A stretch of 64,000 nucleotides of DNA. It comes from Fibrobacteria bacterium. Lineage in GTDB: Bacteria; Fibrobacterota; Fibrobacteria; UBA11236. Shown here piece by piece: positions 28,515 to 39,800 of this stretch (position 1 is the first letter of the stretch; the number at the start of each line of letters is the position of its first letter). Where the stretch lies: NCBI GenBank assembly GCA_043745805.1, contig JAYTSD010000045.1, positions 1 through 64,000 of the forward strand. The letters are read 5' to 3'. The translations under genes and the position numbers were made by a program. A model generated the notes under the pieces. It was not told the origin of the DNA. It worked only from the letters and a program-made list of their open reading frames with translations, and ran no database searches.

Positions 28515-29792
28515 TTATTTATCGACAGAATCATTATCTGCTTTATCTTTTAGAGTATCGACGACTATTGATTTTTTCCAACTTAAGGCATCATTAATAT
28601 GCCATTTATAATACTTCCGCCGATTACTGGGCATAGGAGATTGTTTTAATAATGTTAAACAAGAATCGCGTAAGTCTTCGATCTGCTGGAGCCTTATTTT
28701 TAAGGAATCATTTTTAAGTGTTGTCTTTTTTTCTAAGGTTCGCTTTTGTTTAATCGCTTCAATAAAAACCGGATAATACGAAAAATCTCTTAAATCAAAA
28801 CTTGTATCCACTGAAAAACGCGTGGAATGCGGTTGCAATAAACTGTATTGATAACGCACTAAATTTGTATAACGCTCGGCTGCATAGTCAGTAGTTACCA
28901 GCTTGGGTAAATGATGTTTTAAATCCACCGTGTTTTTATGGGTGAAAAAACTATCCGGATAAAAACATAAGGCTTCATCATTTTGCAAAAAAACAAATTC
29001 GGGATTATTCGGAAAAGTATTTTGCAGGGAATGAAAAATTCTTTGTTTCTCATGTTTTAATTCTTCAATATAGGGTGATAAAAATTGAATTAAATAAATG
29101 GCTGAAGGGATGGTGGTATATTGGCCGCGATAAGCGCTTTTGCGCAAGCTGGCTAAGCCGGTATTCATATTTGCTGTGCGTCCAAAAAGTTTCAAAGTTG
29201 CTCTCACCATTAAAGGGGCATTGGCACTACTGCAATGAAAAATTCCTTGACCAAAATAACCATCAACAAGCGTAGAATCATTGTCCATAGCCCTTTCCAA
29301 TAGTTTTAAAGCACCTATGCCATCGGACAATGCTGAAGTGGGGTTGGAATTTATTTTTAAGGTGGCGAGAAATCCTAACATCCCTCCTTGCAAAAACATG
29401 TATAAAGGATCTTCCTTTTTTTTGCGCGCGAGTTTACAAATGCTTAAACCCTTTTCTGTAAAGCTTTCCACTTTGTTGCGCAAATAATTTTTTTCCGCTT
29501 CGTCCTCAAAATCGCCATCCTGAATATTGAGCGCATAAGAAGCAATGCCCAATAAATAACTTAAAGGCGGTAAATTCTGTTTTTCCTCCAAGCTTTGCAT
29601 GGCTCGCAAGGTTTTTTCGGCGTTTAAAATATCCCCAGAATATTTTTGTCGCAAAAATTGATGGCCCAAATCACTTTGTTCTTGCACAATGCCGGCATAA
29701 AGCGGATAGCGTTCACTCGTTTCGAGTGGGCTTGCAAATGTGTAACCCAACTCCAAGTTTAAAACGATTAGTAGATATAAAATAATGGGCAT
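28515..29792 (-). CDS. Secreted helical (TPR-like) hypothetical protein
   Basis: Signal-like N-terminus; helical repeat-like segment (DGYFGQGIF). Confidence 0.55.
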   Translation of the reverse strand: MPIILYLLIVLNLELGYTFASPLETSERYPLYAGIVQEQSDLGHQFLRQKYSGDILNAEKTLRAMQSLEEKQNLPPLSYLLGIASYALNIQDGDFEDEAEKNYLRNKVESFTEKGLSICKLARKKKEDPLYMFLQGGMLGFLATLKINSNPTSALSDGIGALKLLERAMDNDSTLVDGYFGQGIFHCSSANAPLMVRATLKLFGRTANMNTGLASLRKSAYRGQYTTIPSAIYLIQFLSPYIEELKHEKQRIFHSLQNTFPNNPEFVFLQNDEALCFYPDSFFTHKNTVDLKHHLPKLVTTDYAAERYTNLVRYQYSLLQPHSTRFSVDTSFDLRDFSYYPVFIEAIKQKRTLEKKTTLKNDSLKIRLQQIEDLRDSCLTLLKQSPMPSNRRKYYKWHINDALSWKKSIVVDTLKDKADNDSVDK

Positions 29793-29850
29793 TAAAAAAA
29801 CGCGTCTCAGTTTAAAAATCTCCCTCTTTGATTTCTCTTAGTATTATTTA

Positions 29851-30933
29851 ATGAGTATGGAAACTTATAAAATCCCCTTCTGGGAAGCCAAAAAACTTTT
29901 AAGAATACTGCAAAAACTTATGGATAGGGCTGCCGGAAAAGGGCAAAGCCGACCTTTGCGTTTATTAGCGCGCTGGGTACATTCTGCATTATTGGCTGGG
30001 ATGACTTTTGGAACAAATTTAATTCCTGTTCGCGCAAGTGCTTTAACCTATACCACCATTTTAGCCTTCATTCCTTTTGTGGCCATATTATCAGCAGTTG
30101 CAGGACATTTCGGCTATTTAGATGTCCTCACACGTTTTTTTCCTTATTTGAATGATACTCTAGATTTTGATTTACCCTTAGACAAAATTTTAGAAGTTAT
30201 TGAAAATGCACAGCAGGTTAACTTTGAAAAACTGGGCCTGATTGGAAGTGGTGGTTTGCTTTTAACCTTCTTTTTATCCATGGGCAATATTGAATTAGCG
30301 GTAAATAATATTTGGAATATTCGTAAGAAAAAGAATTTATGGAAGCGCATTAAAACTTATACTCCTTTCATGCTCTTCCTTATTCTATTGGTTGTCATTG
30401 CTGCCAATGGATTAATTAAATACAAAGTACTGTTGAACAGTGAAATAGAAGGAACAGGGTTCGTACAGCACACTTTATTTTTGGTTAATATTTTGGCCGT
30501 GGGTATTTTAGTTTGGTTAGGCCTAGCATTTCTGTTTATTCTTATCCCCAATACTCAAGTTCGCTTTATACCGGCAATGATGGGTTCAACTACTTCATTA
30601 GCAGCCATTTATTTGTTCAGTAGAGTATTTGTTTTATTTGCCAAAATTATGCTCAATAGTAATCATCTCATTTATGGATCTTTAGCCATTGTGCCTGTGC
30701 TTCTGCTCTTTTTGTATATCTCTTGGATTTTGGTTTTATTTGGCGCAGCCGTATCCTTTGTGTATCAGCGCCTATATCATATTCCACAAAAACTAGAAGG
30801 CTGGGACAGTAAACCTCCGAATATGCATCTTTGGGATGATTTATCATGGACGGCGCGGCAACTTTATGTGCGCTCTCCTCGTGAACCCTTAGCATCATCC
30901 GCTTTGCGTACTCCTTCCGAAGCTAAACCTTAG
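29851..30933 (+). CDS. YihY/virulence factor BrkB family membrane protein
   Basis: ASALTYTTILAFIP, NNIW, IYGSLA, WILVLFGA. Confidence 0.92.
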   Translation: MSMETYKIPFWEAKKLLRILQKLMDRAAGKGQSRPLRLLARWVHSALLAGMTFGTNLIPVRASALTYTTILAFIPFVAILSAVAGHFGYLDVLTRFFPYLNDTLDFDLPLDKILEVIENAQQVNFEKLGLIGSGGLLLTFFLSMGNIELAVNNIWNIRKKKNLWKRIKTYTPFMLFLILLVVIAANGLIKYKVLLNSEIEGTGFVQHTLFLVNILAVGILVWLGLAFLFILIPNTQVRFIPAMMGSTTSLAAIYLFSRVFVLFAKIMLNSNHLIYGSLAIVPVLLLFLYISWILVLFGAAVSFVYQRLYHIPQKLEGWDSKPPNMHLWDDLSWTARQLYVRSPREPLASSALRTPSEAKP

Positions 30934-30945
30934 GATTAATTTTTA

Positions 30946-31728
30946 ATGTGGTTACACGGTGTATTTTTACCCTATTGGAGTTTTCCTGCGCTCATTTTAG
31001 TTGGGGTAGCGGTCTCCTTCATCAATGCCATTGCGGGTGGCGGAGGTATACTTAGTTTTTCAATTATGCTTTTTTTAGGCATGCCGGCAAGTTTAGCGAA
31101 TGGTTCAAATCGTCTCGGTATTTTATTAGGGTCTGCAGGATCTACTTATACATTTCATCGGCAAGGAAATATGCAATGGCGTTTAGGCCTACGTGCTGCT
31201 ATTCCAGCCGCATTAGGTTCTATGCTCGGTGCCTGGTTAGCCGTGAAGTTACCTGAGAGATTATTCAATCCTATTTTAGCGATGATAATTATTTCCGTGG
31301 TGATAGCTACGGTGAAGCGTCAAACCAAAATGAAGGTGAAAAGTGAAATTGAAAAACCTTATTTATCAAATAGTTTTCTGGCTTTAATGGCTTATGCCGC
31401 CGTGGGATTTTATGGCGGCTTTTTGCAAATTGGAATTGGTTTTATCATGATGTATGTTTTTGGGCAATTTGGTCGCTTAAATATTTTTCAAATTAATGCG
31501 ATTAAAGCCTTTACCGCTTTTCTTTATTCCTTAGCCGCGATTCTTTTTTTTGCAGCAGCCTCGAAAATTAATTGGCCAGTTGCTGTATTACTTGCAGTGG
31601 GAAATCTTTTCGGTGGCATTTTAGGAAGTCATTGGCAGGTTAAAAAAGGTGAAAAATGGGTGAACCGATTTTTGATTATTATGGGACTGGTTTCCGCGAG
31701 TAAACTGATTTGGGACATTTTGCAATGA
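30946..31728 (+). CDS. Sulfite exporter TauE/SafE (TSUP) family
   Basis: INAIAGGGG, ANGSNR, GFYGGF. Confidence 0.92.
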   Translation: MWLHGVFLPYWSFPALILVGVAVSFINAIAGGGGILSFSIMLFLGMPASLANGSNRLGILLGSAGSTYTFHRQGNMQWRLGLRAAIPAALGSMLGAWLAVKLPERLFNPILAMIIISVVIATVKRQTKMKVKSEIEKPYLSNSFLALMAYAAVGFYGGFLQIGIGFIMMYVFGQFGRLNIFQINAIKAFTAFLYSLAAILFFAAASKINWPVAVLLAVGNLFGGILGSHWQVKKGEKWVNRFLIIMGLVSASKLIWDILQ

Positions 31729-31832
31729 ATAATCTCGCAAACAAGTATTGCAGTTGAGTTTTCAATAGGAGATACTTTAGAAGGTTTATACTGAAAATTT
31801 TGGAACCAAATCCAATTTGCGAAAGTGATTGC

Positions 31833-33368
31833 ATGGAAGATTTAAAAAAGTGGTATCGCGGAGGCCTTGCTACCCGATTAAACGCTCTGCGTGCTGCTCA
31901 ACGTGAACTCGATCACGATTCCTCTGCAATAGATTCTATTCGTCGCATAGCTCACACATTACGTGGTTCCGGCACTACCTATGGATTTCCACAAGTCAGT
32001 GAAACAGCAGGAGCGGTAGAAGACGCAAATCCCGAAGAATTTAATTCGCATTTAAAAATTTTATTACAAACCCTCGAAGAAGTCAGTTCCTTTGGGGCTT
32101 TGGATGAAAAAGTCGGCATTTTAATTATCGACGATGATCCTTATATTAGTGATTTGCTCCGATCCTTATTAGAGAATTCACAAAGAGAAATTTTTATCGC
32201 ACCAACGGCTGCCGAAGCGGAAGCGCTCTTAGAAGAAAAAAAAGTTTCTTTGATTTTACTGGATTTAGTGTTGCCCGATACCGATGGACGAAATTTTTTG
32301 ATGCATCTTAAGGAAAGTTCCGGTACATCATCCATTCCGGTGATTGTATTATCCGCAAAATTAGGCGCTCAACCTAAAACCGAATGCTTTGCCTTAGGCG
32401 CAGATGCGTATTTTGAAAAGCCCTTTGAAATAGATACCATTTCCGCCGCCGTATCGGCACAATTGCAACGCACAGAAATTAATATGCGTGAATCGCGCTC
32501 CGATAATCTTACCGGGTTACCCAATAGAGCCGCCTTTAAGGAGGCTTTTGGAAGACAATCCTCTTTGGCTTTGCGTAAAGGGGAATCCTTATCGGTAGGG
32601 ATTTTGGATTTGGATCGATTCAAATTTATTAATGATACTTATGGCCATGGTATGGGTGACGATGTACTGCGTCGCACTGCAAAAATTGTCGGCGCTACTT
32701 TGCGTAAATCCGATTTGTTGGCGCGTTGGGGCGGTGAAGAATTTGTGATGCTTTTGCCAAATACCGATGCCGAAGGGGCTAGCAATGCGGTGCGTAAAGC
32801 CCTAGAAGCCTTGCGTGAAGAACGTTTTACAGGTCCTGGCGATAAATTTTTTCAAGTCACATTCTCTGCGGGTATTGCAGAGTTAAAAGAAGGGGAATCT
32901 GTTGACGATATTATTGCTGAAGCGGATCGTTTTCTTTATTTAGCGAAATCGCAAGGGCGCAATCGTGTGTTCACCGCTAAAGATAAAGCGCCCATAGTTT
33001 CCAAAACTATTATGTTAGCAGCAGATGATGAAACCGTTGTGGCGATTGTTAAAAACCGTTTAGGTCGAGAAGGTTTTCAAATTTCGCATTTTGCGGAAGC
33101 GGGCTTGGCTTTAGCGGCTTGTATGCAAGAACAGTTTTCTGTCTGTATAGTCGATGTAAAAGTGCCTAAAATGGGCGGCATAGAATTATTAACTCAATTA
33201 CGTGCCTCAGCAGCCATGTCCAAAACGCCGATCATTTTATTGACTTCAGCGGGTAAAGAAAAAGAAGTGGCCAAAGGCTTTGAATTGGGTGCGGACGATT
33301 ATTTGGTTAAACCATTTTCCCCTTTTGAATTATTAGCTCGTATTCGCAATGTCTTGCGTAGGGCATGA
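31833..33368 (+). CDS. Hpt-REC-GGDEF-REC diguanylate cyclase
   Basis: AHTLRGSG (Hpt), IIDDD/LLD (REC), RKSD I-site, WGGEEF, C-terminal REC; start at ATG 31833 (track TTG 31800). Confidence 0.9.
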   Translation: MEDLKKWYRGGLATRLNALRAAQRELDHDSSAIDSIRRIAHTLRGSGTTYGFPQVSETAGAVEDANPEEFNSHLKILLQTLEEVSSFGALDEKVGILIIDDDPYISDLLRSLLENSQREIFIAPTAAEAEALLEEKKVSLILLDLVLPDTDGRNFLMHLKESSGTSSIPVIVLSAKLGAQPKTECFALGADAYFEKPFEIDTISAAVSAQLQRTEINMRESRSDNLTGLPNRAAFKEAFGRQSSLALRKGESLSVGILDLDRFKFINDTYGHGMGDDVLRRTAKIVGATLRKSDLLARWGGEEFVMLLPNTDAEGASNAVRKALEALREERFTGPGDKFFQVTFSAGIAELKEGESVDDIIAEADRFLYLAKSQGRNRVFTAKDKAPIVSKTIMLAADDETVVAIVKNRLGREGFQISHFAEAGLALAACMQEQFSVCIVDVKVPKMGGIELLTQLRASAAMSKTPIILLTSAGKEKEVAKGFELGADDYLVKPFSPFELLARIRNVLRRA

Positions 33369-33724
33369 AAATATTAATCATCGATGATGATCCTGATTTA
33401 CGATTAATCTTAAGCGTACTTTTGCAACAGGGTGGTTATACAACCTTGGAGGCAGAGAGTGGCGCACAAGGATTGCTTATAGCGGAACAAGATATTCCCG
33501 ATGTGATATTGCTGGATTTTGTAATGCCCGAAATGGATGGCCCACAGGTTTTACAGCAATTACAAGCGCATATTCTGCTCCAAAAAATTCCAATTATTTT
33601 TTGCACAGGCAAAAATGCGGCGACGCGAGAAGCCTGTATGCGTTTAGGTGCACGCGGAACCTTAGCCAAGCCATTTAATCCCCATACATTTTTAGTTGAA
33701 TTCAATGCTTTGCTTTCGCTTTAA
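33365..33724 (+). CDS. Single-domain response regulator
   Basis: IIDDD, LLDFVMPEMDG, KPF. Confidence 0.92.
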   Translation: MKILIIDDDPDLRLILSVLLQQGGYTTLEAESGAQGLLIAEQDIPDVILLDFVMPEMDGPQVLQQLQAHILLQKIPIIFCTGKNAATREACMRLGARGTLAKPFNPHTFLVEFNALLSL

Positions 33725-33811
33725 CTATTTAATTTCCTCCTTTTATTTCCTTCCATTTTTCCTCCATTTCATTGCAAATACTGCGTTGAGCGAGTTACAA
33801 TAAAGAAGCTT

Positions 33812-34624
33812 ATGAATACTTCCATATTAATTTTATTGGCTTTGGGTTTAGCATTATTCGCTACCTTGCAACTTTGGATTTTTTTGCTCGCACAAAAGAA
33901 AAGGCAACGACAACTTTTTCTTCATGAGAGTGGAAATATTGAAATAGGATTTTCTGCTTTAGGGCCTTGGGTGGCTTTAAGAGGTGTTTTGCGGGTTACG
34001 GGTAAATCGGCTTTTGTCAGTGGTTTTGAATTAACCTTAGTGGATGAAAAGGATAAAAAGCAAAGAGATTTTTCATGGATAGCTTCGCGTTCGGGATTTT
34101 TACAAAGCGATGCTTCGGAATGGGAAACACCAGCTGGTTTTTTAGTTAGCGAAGATTCACCTAAACGTTACCATATCGTATTCGGAGATTTAAACCGCGC
34201 GCGCGCCAGCAAAGATTTATTATTGCGCTATAATGGGGTTTGGTCTGAGGCGGAAATTCAAATTTCGTCATTGCGGAAAAGCCAAAAAAATCCTGCGGAA
34301 ATTAAGAATTTAACGGAGGAAATCTTACAAGAATTCAAGCGCCGAGAAATTTGTTTTCAATCCTATACAGAATTGGATAAAGCTTGTTTTTGGGAGCATG
34401 GTTCTTACACATTAAATTTAAAAGTCAAAATGGAAGATCCTGAAAGTAGCATTGATAAAACCTTTGCTTTTTCTTTAAGTAAGGTGGATGTGAAGTTTTT
34501 AAAATCAAATAGCGTGTATTTATTAGATGAACCTATTGCTAAGGTTTTAAACTTACCCATTCCTAGCTTGCAAACCGTACAATTAGAATATGGCCATCCC
34601 GATGGTATATCGATTAAACGCTAA
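33812..34624 (+). CDS. Membrane-anchored hypothetical protein
   Basis: Long ORF with N-terminal TM helix. Confidence 0.6.
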   Translation: MNTSILILLALGLALFATLQLWIFLLAQKKRQRQLFLHESGNIEIGFSALGPWVALRGVLRVTGKSAFVSGFELTLVDEKDKKQRDFSWIASRSGFLQSDASEWETPAGFLVSEDSPKRYHIVFGDLNRARASKDLLLRYNGVWSEAEIQISSLRKSQKNPAEIKNLTEEILQEFKRREICFQSYTELDKACFWEHGSYTLNLKVKMEDPESSIDKTFAFSLSKVDVKFLKSNSVYLLDEPIAKVLNLPIPSLQTVQLEYGHPDGISIKR

Positions 34625-34773
34625 ATAGCCAACCTTTGGTTAATTTGAGTTTTTAAGTGTAAAATCCACCCCTCCATTTTAGTTAAAGCATAGTATATTG
34701 AGGCGTATTTGATTTTACCGCATCCTATATAATACAGGATAGCGGTTTTTCCATTTTTAGCCTCCGAGGATTC

Positions 34774-36048
34774 ATGAAAACACTCTCCTCAAAAGAGTCC
34801 TTAAGAAATTATTGTTTAGCTGCGTTTAGCGTAACGCTAATGTTACTAATGAGTTGTCAAACCGAAAAGACCCAACGCATAGCCGCTGCTTTGCCGGTAC
34901 CTCCAAGTATGGATACCGTGCAGGAATACATTCATACGGGACAAACCTATGGTAATTTGGTGACCAATTGGGATATCAATGAAGCCGATAAAACCTTATG
35001 GTTACAAGCTATTTCACAAAACTTTCCCACTAAAATTTATGCGGGCCAAGGCTATCGCTTAATAAGCCGTTATAGTGATTCGGTAAAAACCTTACAATCT
35101 TTTTTATTAGAAGATCGCGACGGTGGACAATTTCATGTGTTATCCCTTAAGGTCGACAGCTTAAACGGCATTAGTTTAGCCTATCAAACCGAAAAAATTA
35201 TTTTCCATACGGATACAGTTACCGTAGAAGGAAGCTTACATAGTAGCCTCTATGAGGCCTTTATGGACTTAAAAGAAACGCCCGCTTTGGCTGTTGAAAT
35301 GACAGAAATATTTGCTTGGGACATCGATTTTTTCAAAGATCCACGCAAAGGCGATTCTTTTTCTTTATTGGTGGAAAAACGTTTTACTCCCGAAGGCAAA
35401 CTCAAAGGCTATGGACCGATTCTATCGGCACGTTATACCAATCAAGGACATCCTTATGCGGCGGTTCGTTTTGATGGCGCTTATTATTCTCTCGAAGGAA
35501 AGAGCTTGGAAAAAGTTCTCCTGAAAGCTCCTTTACATTATACGCGTGTTTCCTCTTGTTTTACTAATTCTCGATTACATCCGATTTTAGGAATTCGCCG
35601 TCCTCATTGGGGCATTGATTATGCCGCTCCCATGGGCACTAAAATTTTAGCCGCAGGCGATGGTATGGTAGAGGTGGCACAGTTTCAAGGTGGCTTTGGA
35701 AATACCGTGCGTATTCGGCACAATAGCCTGTACACCACATATTATGGGCATTTGCAAGGTTTTGGCCCGGGAATCCATGCTGGCACGCGCGTACATCAAG
35801 GACAGGTCATCGGCTTTTTGGGCATGACAGGTTTAGCCACAGGGCCACATTTGGATTATCGGGTACAAAAATCAGGACAATTTATTAATCCCGCAGGAAT
35901 CAAAACCGAAGCCAAAGAAGGCGTTTCCACCCTCCAGTGGACCGCTTTTTGCACGCAACGTGACGGTTACCTGACTCGTATGGATAAAAAGGATTCTTCT
36001 CGCGTGGCTTATTTGCCAAAAACAGAGGCAGAGAAGCAACAGAATTAA
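34774..36048 (+). CDS. M23 family peptidoglycan DD-endopeptidase (MepM-like), lipoprotein
   Basis: HWGIDY, YGHL, TGPHLDY; lipobox-like LMSC. Confidence 0.92.
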   Translation: MKTLSSKESLRNYCLAAFSVTLMLLMSCQTEKTQRIAAALPVPPSMDTVQEYIHTGQTYGNLVTNWDINEADKTLWLQAISQNFPTKIYAGQGYRLISRYSDSVKTLQSFLLEDRDGGQFHVLSLKVDSLNGISLAYQTEKIIFHTDTVTVEGSLHSSLYEAFMDLKETPALAVEMTEIFAWDIDFFKDPRKGDSFSLLVEKRFTPEGKLKGYGPILSARYTNQGHPYAAVRFDGAYYSLEGKSLEKVLLKAPLHYTRVSSCFTNSRLHPILGIRRPHWGIDYAAPMGTKILAAGDGMVEVAQFQGGFGNTVRIRHNSLYTTYYGHLQGFGPGIHAGTRVHQGQVIGFLGMTGLATGPHLDYRVQKSGQFINPAGIKTEAKEGVSTLQWTAFCTQRDGYLTRMDKKDSSRVAYLPKTEAEKQQN

Positions 36049-36136
36049 TTGCTGTAAGCGTTTTCTGCTTTACCCAGCCTTGCCAGAATCAGGGGCAATG
36101 CTTACTGTTATTTCGCCTTTAAAAAGCAAAATAACT

Positions 36137-36835
36137 ATGAATAAACAGTATCTATTAATTTCTCTCATGCTGCTATTTTTTGCCACGACCTTATCGTTTG
36201 GTGCTTCTGAAAAAATAGCGCAACTTAATCAGGCTAAAATTCACTGGGAATACAGTGAAGGTAATTTTGAAACAGTAATTGAATTACTGGAAGGTTTCCG
36301 CAAATCAAAAAGCTCGTGTAATCAAGCTGACAGTATTTTTTTGAATAAACATTTAGGTGTAGTCTATGCTTCAAATCCAAATACTCGTGAAAAAGGAAAG
36401 TATTATTTTTTTAAAATGCTTGAAGTTTCTTCTACTGCTGACCTTTCCGATATGTTCGTCAGTGACGATATCGACAAATTATTTACCAAAGTAAAACTGG
36501 AAAATGTGTCGCGTTCAAAAACTCCTAAAATGGACAGCTCTGCATTAGTGGCGGCTCCTTGGAAAAAAGTAGAATTAACAAAAAAAGAAAATCTTGATTC
36601 CACTCAATCACATCCTAATAATCTAATGGTTAAAACTTCTACTCCTCCTCCTCCTCATAAATCCAATAAATCTCAGCCTATACAAAAATTTGAAGAATCT
36701 TCATCGCATATTTGGTTGTGGACAGCCTTAGGGGGTAGCGCTTTAATAGCAACAGGAAGTTATTTTTATTTAGTAAATCAAACAGATCCTAAAACAACAA
36801 CTTACACCGTTCCTCAATCGGTGAATGGCCATTAA
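36137..36835 (+). CDS. Secreted TPR-like protein with C-terminal hydrophobic segment
   Basis: Signal peptide from ATG 36137; helical N-domain; Pro/Lys linker; WLWTALGGSALIATGSYFYL. Confidence 0.65.
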   Translation: MNKQYLLISLMLLFFATTLSFGASEKIAQLNQAKIHWEYSEGNFETVIELLEGFRKSKSSCNQADSIFLNKHLGVVYASNPNTREKGKYYFFKMLEVSSTADLSDMFVSDDIDKLFTKVKLENVSRSKTPKMDSSALVAAPWKKVELTKKENLDSTQSHPNNLMVKTSTPPPPHKSNKSQPIQKFEESSSHIWLWTALGGSALIATGSYFYLVNQTDPKTTTYTVPQSVNGH

Positions 36836-39800
36836 ATTTATGCAAAATCAAATTTTAGTTAAAAGCCATAAAAATTTTTACACATTTTTAATCAGTCTTT
36901 TTTGTGCAGCGGTTTTGCTTTGTTGTAATTTGGCGGATAATGGAAAAGACAAAGTTGTAATTAATGTGGATGCCGATTCGAGTTTAACGAAATTTTCTAA
37001 AACACAAGTATTAATGATTGACGATGTCACTAAGGACACCACGGTTTTATTCGATGGAAAATTAAATTCATTATCCCAATTAAAAAATATTGCTGCTCCA
37101 AATTATCGCGGCCAAAAAGTAAAAATTATTATCCGAGGATTTTACGATGATATTTTATCCTATGAAGAAGATCGTGATTTTGATGGACAAAACAATAAAA
37201 TTACCGATAAAAAAATTGTTATAGATACTATCAAAATTACACCCCCTATCGATAAACCCCTCAATAAAAAACCTTATTTTTTGAATAATTCAGGGAAGCA
37301 AGAATTAGATATTTCTATTAAGGATACCGTTACTTTTATCGATTCGGCTTTAGATGAAGATGGAAACATTAAAGACTTTGCATTTGATTTTAATGGAGAT
37401 GGGAAATTCGACAGTAGTATAAGTATGACTGCTAATAAAGTAAAAGTTAATGCGCTACATGTTTATAATGATTCTGGAAAATATAAAGCTATCATGCGAG
37501 TTACTGATGATTCTGGTGCTTTGGCTTATGACACCATAGAAATTTTGGTAGAAAAAGATGTTCCTAAGGTTGACCCTGGCCCGAAAATAGTGAAGCGTCC
37601 AGGAATAGTCGATTTGAGCGGGTCTTATACGCAAAAATTTGGAAAAATTGTGATGTTCAAATGGGATTTTGATGGGGATGGTAAATACGACGATTCTTCA
37701 GCCACTACTGCCTTGATGAGTCACAACTATGTAAATGAAAATACCTACCTGGCTCGGTTTTATGTACGTGATGACGATGGCAATGAAGCCACCGGTACAC
37801 GAGAAGTTGTTATTTCTGCAACCCAAAAAATAGTGAATACCTTACCAAGTATTTCTGGTTTTACCCATGTTTTTTTAAAAAGCATTAAAGATACGGTTAA
37901 CTTGAATGTTACTGCTTCTGATGAAGATGGAAAGGTCATGCAATATAGCTGGGATTATAACCATGATGGTAAAGCGGATACTACTATTACTACAAACGCT
38001 AAAGTAGTGAGCATTTCATTTTCTAAAGTATACCCTGATTCTGGTTCGTTTAAATTGATTTTGAATGTTAAAGATGATTCTGGAGCAGTTGTTTCGGACA
38101 CATCCATTGTTAATGTGTTATTGGATGCTCCAAAAGCCAATGCCGGCAATGATACCACGGTGATAACAGGGACAGCGATTTGGTTACATGCTGAAGGTTC
38201 CGATCAAATGGGTAAAGTTGTTAAACGAGAATGGAAAATTGGCGATGGTGCTTTTATTCCCGTGTCCAAAGATGATACGACCCTCATGGCAGGAGTGGTA
38301 GGCAAATTGACTTGCACTTTGCGTATTACAGACGATGATGGCAATCAAACTCTTGACGATAAAGTAATAACCATCAATGTCCCTGCAGCCAATGTGTTGC
38401 CGCAAATTACCAATATCAGTATCAATAAAGATACTTGTACCATAGGTGACACCTTGACCATTACTGCTCATGGCAAAGATACGGATGGTAAAGTTCTTCA
38501 GTATTTATTGGATTATGAAGGTGACGGAAAATACGATGATTCCGCATATGTGAATTTAGCAGATATTGATATTTTGATGAAACATCGCTATGTAAAAACT
38601 GGATTTTTTACCACATCCGTGAAAATAAAAGATGATCAAGGTGGATTAGCGGAAAAATCTTATAGTGTAAATGTGAAGTCTGCATTGCCTACACCAAATC
38701 CTGGCCAAGATACCACGGTTTATGCGGGAACGTCTATTAAATTGCATGCCAAAGGTTTTGATCGATATAACAATACAGTAAAATTAGAATGGAAAGGACC
38801 CGATGGAATTTATCGCTTAGTAGGTGCTTCAGATACTACTGTAGCTGCACCGCAAATGGCTACTGTTTCCGTTTATTATTTACGTGCTACCGATATTTTT
38901 GGACAAACCAGTGAAAAATCTATCAATGTAACCGTAATTATGGCTTCAGTATCGGTTCATGTCATTTTGGATGGCAAAGATTCTGTTTTTGATGCGATTC
39001 CATTGGCTGTGGGTGGTAAGGTAACTTATATGATAGATACAACAAAATTAAAATCATATAGTTTTCAAAAATGGGTAGTAATAAGTGGTTCGGTAGATAT
39101 TTCTGATACGAATAGCCGAAAAACTGATATTACACTGAATGCAAATGCGGCTGTAATAAAGGCTAATATGATTTCCAAAAAGATTTTGGTTATAAGTGCT
39201 ACGGGCGGGTTTTCACATGGTGCGGCAATAGCAGCAGCTAGAACCATGATTTCTCAATTGGGATTAGATCATAATTTTGCGATAGATTTTTCAGATTCAA
39301 CGAGAAACCTTCCTCCGGGGTATTTTGCCAAATATCAAACCGTGGTTTTTAATCAGGTAACGCATGCAGGTTCTATTTTCGATGATTTTTCTAAATTAGT
39401 TTTTGAAGCATACTATCAAGCAGGTGGTGGATATGTGGGGATGCATGGATCAAGCGATTTGGGCGCCACTTGGGATAATTATGCGGATATATTAGGAGCC
39501 GTTTTTGCTAGTCATAAAGGTAGTTTAGGAAATTTATTATTGGATACTGAGGCTTCAGGGCAAGCTGTAGCTCAGGGATTACCATCGAGTTACAATAACC
39601 TTGATGAAGAATGGTATAACTTGGACAAAAATCCTCGTGGTTCATCAGGAACCAAAATGTTATTTACAGTCCGTAACGATTCTCTATTGGGCGGTAGCAC
39701 GGTTGAACATCCCGTATCGTGGATTCGTAATTACAAGGGAGGCAGAATGTTTTATACCTCTATGGGACATAGTGCCGCACCCTTTAAATTGCCTTTTATA

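Noticed and set aside
28503..29850. Fluoride riboswitch upstream of crcB
   Set aside because: crcB is 12 bp from the upstream gene and no riboswitch consensus was seen ahead of either gene
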